Source: Eledone cirrhosa (Eukaryota). From it: DNA of 64,000 bases. Made by a program: the position numbers and the translations under genes. This document shows positions 46,631 to 60,322 of this stretch, piece after piece. Position 1 is the first letter of the stretch. The number at the start of each line of letters is the position of its first letter. A model generated the notes under the pieces. It was not told the origin of the DNA and searched no databases. It saw nothing but the letters and a program-made list of their open reading frames with translations. The stretch lies in contig OZ024758.1 in the NCBI GenBank assembly GCA_964016885.1, positions 19,158,001 to 19,222,000 of the forward strand, written 5' to 3'.

Positions 46631-46788
46631 CAGTTCGTAAAGGGATGTAGCACAGTTACGTCCCTTTACGAACTGAGTTCCAATCCCGCCCAGGTTAACT
46701 TTGCCTTTCATCCTTACGGGGTCTATAAAAGAAAGTACCAGTAGTACACTGGGATAATTGATAACCTTGTGCCAAAAAGTAGAAACAA

Positions 46789-46792
<4 letters not shown>
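46631..46792 (+). mobile_element. 5'-truncated Meta-like SINE with a 21-bp fold-back at the truncation point
   Basis: CAGTTCGTAAAGGGATGTAGC-ACA-GTTACGTCCCTTTACGAACTG, then normal SINE sequence. Confidence 0.85.
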
Positions 46793-46847
<55 letters not shown>

Positions 46848-46898
46848 ATTAAGTCAAATATGTAAAATTTGTCTTCGTTTATTATAAATTAAAGATAT

Positions 46899-46952
46899 AC
46901 TGATATATATATTTCGGTGACAGCCATCATGGCTGTGACCTCTTAAGGCAGT
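46899..46952 (-). ncRNA. Hammerhead motif with one core substitution (CTTAAGA), in a (TA)n-adjacent element
   Basis: Minus strand: actgc CTTAAGA ggtcacagcca tga tggctgtcacc GAAA tatata TA tcagt. Helix II has 10 of 11 pairs. Confidence 0.6.
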
Positions 46953-47488
46953 CCGAATTGGTGCGGTAAAGACAGGTACACATGTTGTTGAAGTGTGTTT
47001 TACTCCGTCAATACATCGATATGTCCAGCTCCTCGTTGTGTTGTTATTTCTCTGAGGAACTGACATCATATGGGTTAGAACACACGAACGTCGGTGTCAT
47101 AGGACACGCTCGCATAACATTGGTCAGTTGTGATAACATTCCTCAGTCAAAAGTCTATAGAAATTTGTCTGAGGCAAGACAATCTGTTGTAGTTGTTTTT
47201 GTTTAAGTACAGCTGACCTCCTTCATTGTCTTGGTAGTGGTGTTAAGGGGTCAGCTGGCAGGTCAGCTTTAGCGTGCTGCTTCTACCTTCTGAAGAATTT
47301 GTGTGTGTGTAGTTGGCATCTATCTTGCCACTATTTTACATGCTGGGGGGTGCCAAACGAATAAAAAAAAAAATGCTTGTGTGTTACAATCAATATCCAA
47401 ATTTGAAAGATCTGAAAAATATTAGCTGAAGTAGAAAACCTGTGTGTCAGAATCGAGAAGTGTAAAGAATTACAATTATTATTCTATC

Positions 47489-47554
<66 letters not shown>

Positions 47555-47556
<2 letters not shown>

Positions 47557-47941
47557 TGGCTGCCAACTCGTTTTCGAGTACGGCCACTACTTTATATCCA
47601 TGTAGGAGAACCCATACCGATGCACTGAACGAGTGTGACTTTTTAGTCCAGCCAGCGACTTGAAAACTCTGGTACAAACACTACACTTGTGACAATTATT
47701 GACACATAGTGCTGGGCCCATGGTACCATGTGACGACACGTGCAGAGAGATCTCCAGTTATAAAGCAATGCCTGTGCCGTGAAGCTTTTATAGTGAGCAA
47801 AGGCACTGCACAAAGCCAGTCCCACTCTCTTAACCAAGATATATTTACCAAAAAGAAGAACAAGTCAATATCATTGGATACCATCAGTGTTGCAGGTGTT
47901 ATATCAGAGTTTTCCTTCTCCTAGAATTCTGCATTGACAAA
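47555..47941 (-). mobile_element. Bipartite RTE-derived non-autonomous retroelement
   Basis: An RTE 5'UTR-like motif AGGAGAAGGAAAACTCTGA is fused to a 3' piece encoding the C2H2 finger HKCSVCTRVFKSLAGLKSHTRSVH (47620-47691). It ends in a hairpin ACTCG-AAAA-CGAGT and an (AT)n tail. Confidence 0.75.
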
Positions 47942-48804
47942 GAGAGATGTATATATACACACATACATACAAACATGCATACGAGACTTACATACACAGG
48001 AGATATTTGATTGTATGATTATGAGTTTGCTGTCATTTTCCTCAGGTCTGCTACAGGAGCAAATGCAAATAATATATATAAGCTTCAGATGTGTGATTCT
48101 AATGATATTTGGCTCATTAGATTTAACTTGAGCAGGACTATATCAACATACGTTTAGTTGTTTCCATCTTATGTTATTATTGTTTATAACAAGTATTAAA
48201 TTATATATTATCAATACTATTTTATCTTATTGCAGGTCTGCAAGTATTCAGAATTTAACGTTCAAACGTAAGTAGTATATTTCCGTTTTAAAATAAACAT
48301 AGATTTGTCATTGCATCATTTTATATATATTCACTACACATATATATGTGTGTCAGTGCGTACGATTTGTTTTATATATATAATGTGTGTCTTTGCGCGT
48401 GGGTATATAATCATACATTGGATCAATGGGTTTCTCTTCTATATCTCTTTCTTCATCGTCGAAATCGACTGAGACCCAGCATTGTTTTTCAAAGTTGTTA
48501 GGCATTTGCCTTTCATCCTTGTCAATTCGATAAAATAAATTACCAGTAGTTTGCTGAGGGTGTATTTAATTTGCTTTCCCATCCCTCAAATGGTTGGCCT
48601 TGTGCGTAAATGAGAAATAACTATTAAGTAGGTACATATAGTTATCTCCCTTTACTTTCTGAATTCAAATCACACCAAGGTTAGCTTTACATTTTATCCT
48701 TACAGAGTCAGTAAAATAAAGTACCTGAGTTAAATAAAGCACTGAGGTCAATTTATTTTTGCAATTTGCCTATATCAGAAACCATTATTGTTATCATTAA
48801 CTGG

Positions 48805-49022
48805 ATGGTGGATAGGCAGTATCGGTAGAGGGCCGAACGCCATACTTTGCAGCAGCGTTATGGCCCTTTATTGTCTGAGTTCAAATCCCACCAAGGTTAA
48901 CAATGCCTTTCATCCTTACGGGGTCGGTAAAATAAAGTACCAGCCACGCACTGTGGTTGATTTAATCGACATTCCTCTCCCCCAAAGTGGCTGGCCTTGT
49001 GTCTATATAAGAAACCATTATT
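48805..49022 (+). mobile_element. Meta-like SINE, long variant (two older diverged copies lie just upstream at 48440-48790)
   Basis: Matches the family consensus. Confidence 0.85.
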
Positions 49023-49788
49023 ACCAGGTGCAGTTTTTTGTATCTTATGTACCTGAATTGTACTTTCTTTTAATTTGATTTTTCGATTATCTTCATTGGA
49101 GTGAACAACTGTATGCTCATTCTTGAAACTTACGAATGATACCCAACATAGATAGCTTTGGCAACAAAGATACTTATAATGTCACTAGTTTTCCTAGATG
49201 TTTTCATATTCTGGAGCATTCTGTGACAGGCATTGTATTATTTCTTCTATATTTTCTCGATATATTGCACTTGTTTAATTATTTTCTTCTGCACAAAAAA
49301 TATATATGTACAAAGATAGACGTTGTTTCTTTGTATTACATAACACCTATTAAAATGTTGGCAAGAAACATTATCTTAGTCTTGATAGAATCACAAAAAA
49401 ATAATATATATCGAAGATAGTTTGTCCCATGTTCATCGTAATGTTTTTCATTTGTTCCTACACTTTCCAAAATAATCATGTAGGGCTAGACCACGGGCAA
49501 CATCGTTGGATAATATCCATGAATTCGGTTCATTATATTTATTCCAAAACTAAGGACGAAGGCTCACATTTTGGGACGAGTATAATCAATTTACTGGCTC
49601 TCCGAATGTATCTTGTAGTTCTCATCTTATCGAGTAAGGAATGATCGAAAGCAAATGTAACTTCAGAACGATTTGAAACCAGAATTTTATTAAACGACTC
49701 TTAATATTCCGCAAGTTCTCCACCTTTCAGTTTGAACCAATATATTGACAAAACATCTCTGTTTAGTGATCATTATTTAACTTCGCAC

Positions 49789-49972
49789 GGTGGATTGGCA
49801 GTGTCGGTAGAGGGTCGGACGCCATGCTTTCCAGCATAGTTACGTCCCTTTACGATCTGAGTTCAAATCCCGCCGAAGTTGACTTTGCCTTTCATCCTTA
49901 CGGGGTCGATAAAATAAAGTACCAGTAATGCACTGGGTAATTGCTGGCCTTGTGCCTAAAGTAGAAACAATT
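49789..49972 (+). mobile_element. Meta-like SINE with an 18-bp target-site duplication
   Basis: ATTATTTAACTTCGCACG at 49772-49789 and 49970-49987. Confidence 0.93.
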
Positions 49973-50171
49973 ATTTAACTTCGCACGAGAGCTGTACTGT
50001 AGTTAATAACATCTATTCAAGGCGTGGTTATTAGCAACTGAAAGTTATTTTGCTTTATTGCGCTCGCAAGACTTGATGAATACGATCTTTTTTATTCTTT
50101 TCGCGCTAGAGAACTTGATGGCGGTTATCTCTAAAACTTAAATATTGACGGTATTTGTTTACCGTTCACGC

Positions 50172-50778
50172 CTTGTTCCATTGGTTCGTCTTTTAGCCAT
50201 AATCACATAAATATGCGTATTTTAGGGTGAGAAAAATACACGCGTGATTATTTGCTTGTATTATTTTGGCAGTAGGCGACCAGTTTACCAGAATCCATCA
50301 GCAAACTCCATCATTCTTTATGAAACAATAAAAATGGATTTTCATCAGGCTGGGAGCCATTTTATCGACGAGTAAAAATTTGATTAGACCAGATGGAACG
50401 AAAGAAATTTTATGAATTTTCTTTCATTAATGTCCTTACCAAAAAAAAAATTAAACCATGATGGTATAATTAATTTTGTTTTATGATGACTATTGTGGAA
50501 AGTTATTAGCATACAAAGTGCCGTATTGTAAACAAGTTCTACCCTTAAATAATAAAAGAAAATGGACCAATCAAAATGTACAATTGTCAAAAAAAAGCAC
50601 CTGGCGGTCTCCTCAACATTATTTGTCTAGTTTGATTAAATACAACGGAATTCTCTGACGGATTCTTCGAAACTGGCAAAAGGTTAGAAATCATACAGAC
50701 AAAAAAATACGTGTGTATTTCCTTCCCAAATATACACATTGTATTATATCGAAAACGTAGACTAGATCAAACAAAGTT
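50172..50778. mobile_element. Old fold-back / MITE-like element with long diverged inverted arms
   Basis: AAATACACGCGT..TTG(C)TTGTATTATTT..CCAGTTT..AGAATCCATCAG mirrors CTGACGGATTCT..AAACTGG..AAATCATACAGACAA..ACGTGTGTATTT. Confidence 0.55.
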
Positions 50779-50859
50779 CTAATTTGCTTTCCTTAAATTA
50801 AAGGTGTAATCAGGTGTGTCATTGAGTGCCAGTACGTTCTGTTGGTTGTGTACGTGAAC

Positions 50860-51070
50860 AAGTAATATATTACATGTTTCTCTAGTTCACTCAGCTGGTA
50901 AAAAAAAAACAATAAAAACTGTAATTCAAAGGACTAATATTGTCACATATTGTGGCAAGCTGAATCTCCCTGAGATATGTGTTATCGCAGCACGTGTCTG
51001 TGGAATACTCGCACATTTCATGAGCACAATGTGATGTTGTTTGAACAACTGAAACACACCTCGTTACAAC
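50860..51070 (+). mobile_element. Diverged 3' body of the CORE-type SINE
   Basis: CACTCAGCTGGTAAAAA...GCTGAATCTCCCTGAGA; colinear with 14590-14760. Confidence 0.45.
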
Positions 51071-51982
51071 CACATATCTAGGAATGAAATACTTGAGGAA
51101 GATCGGTGATTGAACCTATCAAGTTATAAATATTATATATATATGAGGTTAATAGTCTAGAAACCGTACAGCCAATCAATAGACTAGTTTTACACTCAGT
51201 TGCCTTGTCCCTACCTTTACATAAACAACACAAGATACCACTATCCCGTCAATGGTTTCATTGCTTCACAATATGATAATTTATTAATACAACGTTAGAC
51301 AGTCTGAATTTAGTACACCTACGACTGTTTATATTTTCCATAGATTTGATTCAAGACTTAAATACATTAAATAAATGTGTTTATTGACGTACGTGTATGT
51401 TTTATAAGATATAACAGAGTTTCTGAAATTGACCGGTGGAAAGGAGAGAGAGAGAATGATGAGGATTTTCATCCGGAGATCTCATATGATTGTTTGTAAC
51501 AGAATTAATTCCACTAAGGGCTCCTGACAATCAGATAATGGTGGAAAACCGGGCGGCAAATTACATATATGACACAAAGAGTCCAGGGCGGGATTTGAAA
51601 TAGATACAATGAAATAAAAGAGAGCGAAAAACTGTTTGAGAGAGAGAAAGAGAAGATAGGGAAGAGAAAGGGAGATTGAGGGGGACTGGGAGACTGGCAG
51701 ATGGAGACTGGGCAAAGTTAAATAAACACGATTCTATCTGTTTATAGTCACCTGGCTCTAGTCATAAATATGTATGTTGCTGAAGTATTCTCTTCTGAAA
51801 TCAATACATTGAGGAACATTCTCAAGGTCGAGTAGCCATCTATATCTGTTATAACTGATATATCACCACCACTACCACTACCACCTTTATCACTGACGCC
51901 GCCAACCTATTTCTACTACTACTATTACATATACTACTAATAATACTACTTCTACCACCACTATTTCTACTACTAATAATAA

Positions 51983-52152
51983 TAATTGTTTCTACTTTTT
52001 GGCACAAGGCCACCAATTAACCAGGACATTACTGGTACTTTATTTGATCGACCCCGCAACGTTAACCTCGGCGGGATTTGACCTCAGATCATAAAGGGAC
52101 GTAACTCTTTGCGTCAAAGCATGGCGTCCGACCCTCTACCAATCCACCGCCC
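51983..52152 (-). mobile_element. Meta-like SINE with internal deletions
   Basis: Matches the family consensus. Confidence 0.85.
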
Positions 52153-52264
52153 TAAACTACTACTAATAATAATAATAATACTACCACTACCGCGCACCAC
52201 CACTACTACTGATACTACTACTACTACCATTACGAACACCACCACCACCAGCACCACCACCACA

Positions 52265-52315
<51 letters not shown>

Positions 52316-52472
52316 GACTGCTACTACTACTATTACTACTTGTAGACAATGTCTTTCTGAGCTTATCGGTAAATCCGCATAATTAATATGGTCTAACATT
52401 GACTCATCTAGGATCATTTTCCACTCTTTTTTATGTACACACAGGTTGGAAATGGAGGGAAACATCAGATAA

Positions 52473-52518
<46 letters not shown>

Positions 52519-52856
52519 AGCTATTGAAACTGTAGAAACTTCATAGTAGGGCAATAAATACCTATATTACCGTTTCCGATCTAGGCAATTTCACTTAAGG
52601 TGCATGGAATGTACTGAACGAAATTACACCCCTCTCTATCGTTACCTTTCTCACCAATAATTATTTCTAAATTTAGCAAAAGGTCAGTAATCTGTGGAGG
52701 ATGGGGAATGTTGAAAACATCGATCTCAGAATATTACTGGTATTTTATTTTATCAAACCTGGAAGGTGAGATAGTCTCATTTGACATCAGCGGGCTTAGA
52801 ACTCAGAACCTAGCGGGCGTCATTACATGCTGCAATGCATTCTAGAAGGCACACGA

Positions 52857-53048
52857 GGGTGGTGGATTGGCAGTATCGGTAGATGGTCGGACGCCATGCT
52901 TTGCAACATAGAGTTACGGATCTTTATGGTCTGAGTTCAAATCGCGCCGATGTTAACTTTGCCTTTCATCCTTACGGAGTCGATAAAATAAAGTACCAGT
53001 AATGCACTAGTATAATTGCTGGCCTTGTGCCAAAAGTAGAAACAATTA
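52857..53048 (+). mobile_element. Meta-like SINE nested in an older minus-strand SINE, with a ~33-bp target-site duplication
   Basis: 52822-52854 versus 53045-53077 (3 C/T differences). The older SINE lies at about 52660-52850. Confidence 0.9.
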
Positions 53049-53146
53049 TATGTTGCAATGTATTCTAGAAGGCACACAAATGATTCTGCATATTAAACAA
53101 CAACAATGGCAATAATACTAATCATAATGATGATGATGATGATACC

Positions 53147-53189
<43 letters not shown>

Positions 53190-54083
53190 GTAATAATAGT
53201 GGTAGTAGTTGTAATGATAAATGTGTTAGTAAGAAATCCACACAATTCGAATGAGGGGATGCTGAAATATATCGATTACCTGCTCCCTGCTTTAGTAAAC
53301 ATGGAATAATGGTTTATTCGATTAATGGCATACAATCATCGTCTTTAGTAATTTCAAATATTACTCTTAAAATTGATTTTACATGGAAGACTGCCATTCA
53401 AGAAAACAGAAAATAGTAATATGTAATATGACCATCGATCTTAGAAATTGAACTGAGTCCATCAATAAAAATTAATGACATTAATCGTTCTTAGAATCTC
53501 AGTTTTGTTAAACAACCTCTTCATAATTGAGTGCATTTACTCACAATTCTAAATCATCGGAAACATGAAAGTTCTGAAGTTGTATAACAGGGAATATAAA
53601 AAATATATTTGTTATCGTTAAGCCATATTTGATTCAGGCGAGTTTTTGAAATGTATATTAACTTTTAATAAGTTTAGAGAGCAAGGATAACTAACTCAAT
53701 ATGTTAGCGATCAAGAAACCGATAAATCTTTATCGTTGAATCGCGTCCTATGATCTACAATAAACATACATTTGAACGCTGTAGTGTAAATGGATGTAAG
53801 TATATATCTCAAGGATGTGAATTACAATAGAGGTTGTACTACATAGTTGACCAATGTAACATTGGATAGTTGAACTACACTAAATTCGTATGGCCAAAAA
53901 ACGTGTCATTCTCTTCTCTGGTGGATTACTGAAATATGTTTGGGCGCCTTGTTAATCATTTATAGTTGGCGAATTGGCAGATTCCTCAGAACGTCGTCTT
54001 GATAGTTTTGTGGTATTCGTTTCGGTGTTCTGCACTCTGTGTTCAACTCCCACCGTGGTCAACTTTTCCTTTCATAGTATGTA

Positions 54084-54410
54084 AAAAGAAAGTAAGATTT
54101 GCTGGCCACTGCCATCGTGTCCCCATGAATGCTTTGGAAACACAAGCTGTCACTAATAACAGGGAGTGAAAGCTCTCCTATCCCGATTTGCTGGCCACTG
54201 CCATCGTGTCACCTACGAGGCTGTGTCCCCATGAGTGCTTTGGAAACACAAGCTGTCACTAATAACCGGGGCGAAAGCTCTCCTACCCCGATGTCATCCA
54301 GAGTTTCAGGTATTCAAATCCAGGAGTTGGCAAAGGCAATAAACGACAGACCCACGTGGGGATCAAATGCTGAGTCCATTTCGGCTGAGGCCACCGGATG
54401 ATGATGATGA
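54084..54410 (+). mobile_element. RTE-type LINE 3' fragment with an internal tandem duplication and (TGA)n tail
   Basis: Reads VRFAGHCHR...LSYPDVI...IQIQELAKAINDRPTW. The block ATTTGCTGGCCACTGCCATCGTGTC...AAAGCTCTCCTA occurs twice. Confidence 0.75.
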
Positions 54411-55474
54411 AGATATTTTCTCATTTCCATTCTCTCACTCTCTCTTCTTCTCTGGCATGCATGCATACGCATGTATGTATGAAATATCTTTCATCTAGAT
54501 ATGTTTCTTGGATCGAATATATTGCGTCACATATAACCAATCATATTCTCTATCATAATTTTGGCGAAATCAAATTTGTTAAGATTAAATTGTGTGGAAG
54601 CCCGCGAAGGTGTTGTGAGGGGCCACATGTTTTATAACAAGTGCACTTAGTGCTGCACTAGATAAAGTAATATTACTTCTTACTGGAATATCTTTAACTG
54701 ATTTCACACGGTAGAAATCATTCAGATGAAGAACATTTTCATCTAAGAATAAACTAATTGTAATACATATCCGTCTTTCCTGTAGTATTAAAGATGCAGG
54801 CTAAATGAACATGGGCATACAACTTCAAATCACAAAATATCTTTTCAGATCAAAGCGTACTAAACATGTAATAATGAAATCCATGTTAAATACGCTGGCA
54901 TGGTTACAGCTTGTAGGGCTTTGACAAAACATATGCTCCATCAGGAAAGATTTAGTGCTAAACAACAGATGCAATATCCACAAAATATGATGGTGTTTAA
55001 TAATTATTTTGTATATGTATAACATATGTTGTTTTAGTGCTTGATTAAGTTAGTCACCCTGTTAAGTAAACATGACATTGGTGAAGAAAAACATTTTCTG
55101 GGATATTGAATTTTACGAAGAATATTGAATTTTTAGAACAATATTGAGTTTTCTTAACAATATTGCATTTTCATTCTCTCAGATCATGATGGGTTCTGTT
55201 GTTCTTAGATAAAATTATTTAAATGTCTCTTAAAGCTATACAAATGTTTTTTATTGTTCTTATAAATCTTTTACTATCGGGGAAATTATTTAATTTAAAA
55301 AGCTATTCATAACCAATAATGGTCTCACGTTCTGCGAAACGTTTCTTTTAATATATACCTCTCACCCATTTTCTTTTTGTATGAGTCATTTCTTTTATCC
55401 ACCTTTGATACCAAACAGTCTGAAAACACCCCTGGTTCTATGATAAAAACGAGTTTATTTTAAAGTATTTTTAT

Positions 55475-55549
<75 letters not shown>

Positions 55550-55748
55550 TTAAGGATACTATATATGGTTATGTATATAATAAAACCTTTTAGAGTTATA
55601 TATATTTTAAACTCTAAATAGTGAAAGACAGTAATTCATTACTGTCTTATTACCAGTAAGATAAATAGCTCAATGTAATAACATCAGTTGTTTTACAGAG
55701 CAATTATATAGAAATTACATGAATCAAAGTTCAGTTTAAATAATTTAT

Positions 55749-55797
55749 TTGCTTACAATTGTTTCCTCCAAACTGAGGTTTGGATTCTTCGGAGCAA
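55749..55797 (-). ncRNA. Hammerhead motif with a U4>C core substitution
   Basis: Minus strand: ttgct CCGAAGA a tccaaac ctca gtttgga g GAAA caattg TA agcaa. Helix I 5 bp, helix II 7 bp, palindromic helix III. Confidence 0.65.
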
Positions 55798-56074
55798 CTA
55801 TTTATTGATTTTTTACATACTTGACCTCCTTTTCAACACAAGAGACATATAAAAACATATGTATATACTGACCCATAGTGGGTTGACATCCATCATAATA
55901 ATATAGCATGGCAATTTAGATACAAAGGTTACAGTCATATTAAAGAACAAAATTAAAGTTAAAATTAAAATTAAAATATATATATGTAAAAATACTACGT
56001 ATATGTGAATATAAAAACACACATAAACATGCGTATATATAATACCCTTCTCTCTCTCATTCTCTTTCTCTAAA

Positions 56075-56159
<85 letters not shown>

Positions 56160-56166
<7 letters not shown>

Positions 56167-56362
56167 ATATAGAAATGGCTTCTACAGGACTAGAACTGTT
56201 TCATTCGGGAGCTATCATCAGATATTTCCAGATGATTTCTCCCGAATGAAACTGTTCTAGTCCTGTAAAAGCCATTTCTATATTAAATATTTATACTCTG
56301 ATATGTATTGTGCACCTTACTTACTGTGGTTACCCCCGATGGAACCTGGGATAAACATATCT
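56160..56362 (+). mobile_element. Family H pLTR fragment with ~59-bp inverted arms turning at the HHR core
   Basis: 56160-56218 pairs with 56232-56290. The left arm on the minus strand reads CTGATGA...GAAA cag TT ctag. Flanked by (TA)n. Confidence 0.75.
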
Positions 56363-57371
56363 CTATATATATGTATACACGCCCCCCCCCCCACACACAC
56401 ACACGCACACACACATATATATATATGTCGCTTATACCTCGGAGAAAACAACTTATAATAATAAATGATCCAGACAAATTCTTAAATAGTTTTCGAATTT
56501 GCTCAGACATGAAGGAATAATCTCTCGCAGAGAAAGTTTCATAATGACAGTAATGGATTATTATTATTTGTAGCCCCCACCTCATACCCCCATCTTCATA
56601 CTGCCATAATTTAACAGACAGACTCTCCTAATGCCTGCTACTATAATTAGTATATATATAGTTCGTTTTATCGTAGCATCTATGTCAGATGAAAATACTT
56701 TGCAGCAACGGAACTTCCAGCCTTTTCTCCCTCACTACGTGAAGTTTCCTGATTTGGTGAGAAATCTACTTTTAAATGCATTGGAGGGAAAATAATAGAA
56801 TGTTATTGTGATTGTTTTGTTGCTGTTATTGTTATTGTTGTTATATTTGTGGTGTTGCTATTTTCGTAGTTAATGTTTCGTTTTGTTTGTTCAATTGTTG
56901 TTGTCCTGTTCTTGTATTTGTAACACCTTGTAGCGTTCAATTCTCAACGAGTTTATATTCCGTCTTTTATTGTGAGCTCTCAAGTTCACGTTGTTTATAT
57001 ACAAGTTTTTAAACTGCACGCAGCATGGCTAAATAGTTAAAATGCCTGCTCGGCAATTTTAAGGACATGAGTTGAATCGCAGTTCTCCTTTATCTTAATT
57101 CTAAGGTGACCAAAATAGTTATGAGTAAATTCATGTAGATGGAAGCTTGTTGTAAGTCCGTTGAAAGGATTGTACCTATAAATTAAAGGGCAAGCTATGG
57201 TATACTGTCACACTGCATTGCTCTAAGGGACAGTTAATGAAACACATAAACCCATGCATGTGTTTCCATCTATCAACATAGATTTCATAGTATCCCTCAT
57301 TCCTTTTCACCTCGTTATGAATCACGCTATCCTGAGGTTTGTATTACGCTACAAAGTCAATATTTCTTGAA

Positions 57372-57558
57372 GGGCGGTAGATTGGCAGTATCGGTAGAGG
57401 GTCGAACGCCATGCTTTCCAGCATAGCTACGTCCCTTTATGATCTGAGTTCAAATCCCGCCGAGGTTAACTTTGCCTTTCATCCTTACGAGGTCGATAAA
57501 ATAAAGTACCAGTAATGCACTGGGTAATTGCTGGCCTTGTGCCTAAAGTAGAAACAAA
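57372..57558 (+). mobile_element. Meta-like SINE with a 15-bp target-site duplication
   Basis: AATATTTCTTGAAGG at 57359-57373 and 57557-57571. Confidence 0.93.
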
Positions 57559-58246
57559 TATTTCTTGAAGGATTCAACAATTCAAAGATTAACTGAATTG
57601 TTCTAAAATCAGCAGCTGCTTACCCTCAAATTAGAGACAAATGTTCCCGTATGCAATCTCTTCGATAAACATCTTGGTTGTACAGTAGCCATATTTATGG
57701 CTGTTCTATCTATCTGTCTAATATTACATAATGGACTGCCTAGCATATTTCTCCGTAAATATGAACGAGAGATGTCTGATGTAGATGCTCGACTGGCTAG
57801 GAATTGAAGTTAAACATATACAATATTACCCTTACTGTCTCAAATACACGGCATCTTAATAAAAGTCAAGTTGAGACTCGGTAGAAAAGCGTTTATTCTT
57901 AGAACACCAATCAATGGATGTAGATTGTTTAGGCTAAACACCAACACTAACTACATAAAAACATTAATGCACTAGTACACACGTTAGAAGTATCGGCCAA
58001 ACACCCATAAATCATACACTAGTGTATGTTACAAAAAATTGACTAGACAATGTATTCATTGTCAGAATAATATGGTATGGTACAATGATAAGTCTATTTG
58101 ACATGAACAGGCTTTGGAAAACCACTATAAGACATCAAGATACCATCGCAAAACCAAGATAATTTATTTTCTTGTTAACAGTTTTTTTTTACCGCACTGT
58201 TTCACTTTTCAAATTATCTCTTACACTCTCCGTCTCTCTCTCTGAA

Positions 58247-58285
<39 letters not shown>

Positions 58286-58331
58286 AGACACACACACACG
58301 TATATATATATATATACATATCTATGTATAG

Positions 58332-58363
<32 letters not shown>

Positions 58364-58376
58364 CTGTGTGTGTGTG

Positions 58377-58414
<38 letters not shown>

Positions 58415-59146
58415 CATATATATTGATGCATACGTATGTTTATATATATATATGTATATACACATATGCATACATATTTATATCTATATATATATATATA
58501 TATATAATCATGCGATCTCTATCACTCTTTAGCACTCTAACTAGTTATACATAGCGCTATTGTACTAAACAATGTCATAACAACACCAGTCAGACACAGA
58601 TATCGTGGACGACAAAGGTAATTTACTGCACCAGACATCTTATTATGTGTTTTTTTCCTATTTTATTATTTTGCTCGTGTTTTAATTGTTTTCTTTCGTA
58701 AAAAAAGAAAAAGAATGCTTCATGTTTAAGTTTATCTTTTTTGCTCTTGTCGGTTATTCGGAAAGTATCAAATTACACCTCCGTACTATAATAGGTTCAA
58801 AGTCATGTTGTTATGTAGATGTTTTCTGTTTTATAAGAATGTTTGTGTGTCTATATACGCAGCACTTGTTCACCTTTTAACACCGGTAGTTTCGAGAATC
58901 TTACAATATAATTTAAGTTGTTTACTCTTAAACACCACTACTCCCTTCTGAGTTTAAGATTTGTACTGACTTTTTAAGTGTAATCTAGATGATATTAAGT
59001 TGTCTCTTACTCAGTACATTACAATGCACAGTTGCTGAAATTGCCTCATTGTTATCTTATTATTTTGTTAATAAATATGGATCCAGAAAATAAGTTTGAA
59101 AGAACATTAAGGAAGGAACGATGTCGGTAAATCATTATCGCTACTG

Positions 59147-59273
59147 GGCGATGGATTGGCAGTATCAGTAGAGGGTCGGACACCATGCTTTGTAGCATAT
59201 AATTACTGCCTTTTACGATCTGATTTCAAATCCCGCCGAGGTTAACTTTGCCTTTCATCCTTACGTTGTCGAT
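59147..59273 (+). mobile_element. Meta-like SINE, 3'-truncated
   Basis: Matches the family consensus up to GTCGAT. Confidence 0.85.
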
Positions 59274-59293
59274 TGTAACAATTCACACACACA

Positions 59294-59347
<54 letters not shown>

Positions 59348-59351
59348 ATTA

Positions 59352-59592
59352 GAAAGTGAACAACACAAAATATAACTACTCCATTAACAATGGTTTCTGG
59401 ATCCCAGAAACCGTTGGTATTGGAGTAGTTATATTTTGACGACAGATCCAGACGTGTTTTACTATTGACTAGGATCCAGAAACCCTTGGTAATAGAGTAG
59501 TTATGTTTTGTGTTGTACACTTTGTAATTAAATAGCCCTGTTCCATACATAGGACACTTTTTTCCATTAATTTTTAATCGGAATTACCTAAC
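59352..59592 (+). mobile_element. Fold-back plus tandem pLTR-like fragment with a degenerate HHR
   Basis: A palindrome of ~35-bp arms is centred on GGATCC (about 59401). A direct copy follows: ctat TGACTA ggatcca GAAA cccttgg TA atag. Confidence 0.6.
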
Positions 59593-59660
59593 ATACACAC
59601 ACAAACACACACACACCATATATATATATATATATATATATATATCTATATATATATTTA

Positions 59661-59691
<31 letters not shown>

Positions 59692-60042
59692 CCATATAAT
59701 TATTTACAGTCAAGAACTAATTAGTTGATGTACAACATACATAAATGAATGGATAACAGAATGTATGTTTAACAGTATAGCAGAATTAAAAAATGTCGTA
59801 AAAAAAGAACTGTAATAATTGCGTCCATTGGTCATGTGAACTGAACAACAATACAAGAATATTAATCGCTTATTCTGTGCTGAATATCCTGAAACAATTG
59901 ATCGATCTTTCCCTTTGATAAAAAACATGAAATAGTATTGTGATGAACAACATTATCAATTCAGTTCAGCAACCTGCAACCCAAATATCTACGGCTACAT
60001 TGCATACACATACACACACAATACATATGTGTACATATACAT

Positions 60043-60112
<70 letters not shown>

Positions 60113-60201
60113 ACATTTATATATATATATATATATGTATAGGTATATATATATTATATATATATTTATATATATATATATAAACACACACATATATGTA
60201 T

Positions 60202-60251
<50 letters not shown>

Positions 60252-60278
60252 GAATAAATGTATGTTTGCATGTATGTT

Positions 60279-60322
<44 letters not shown>

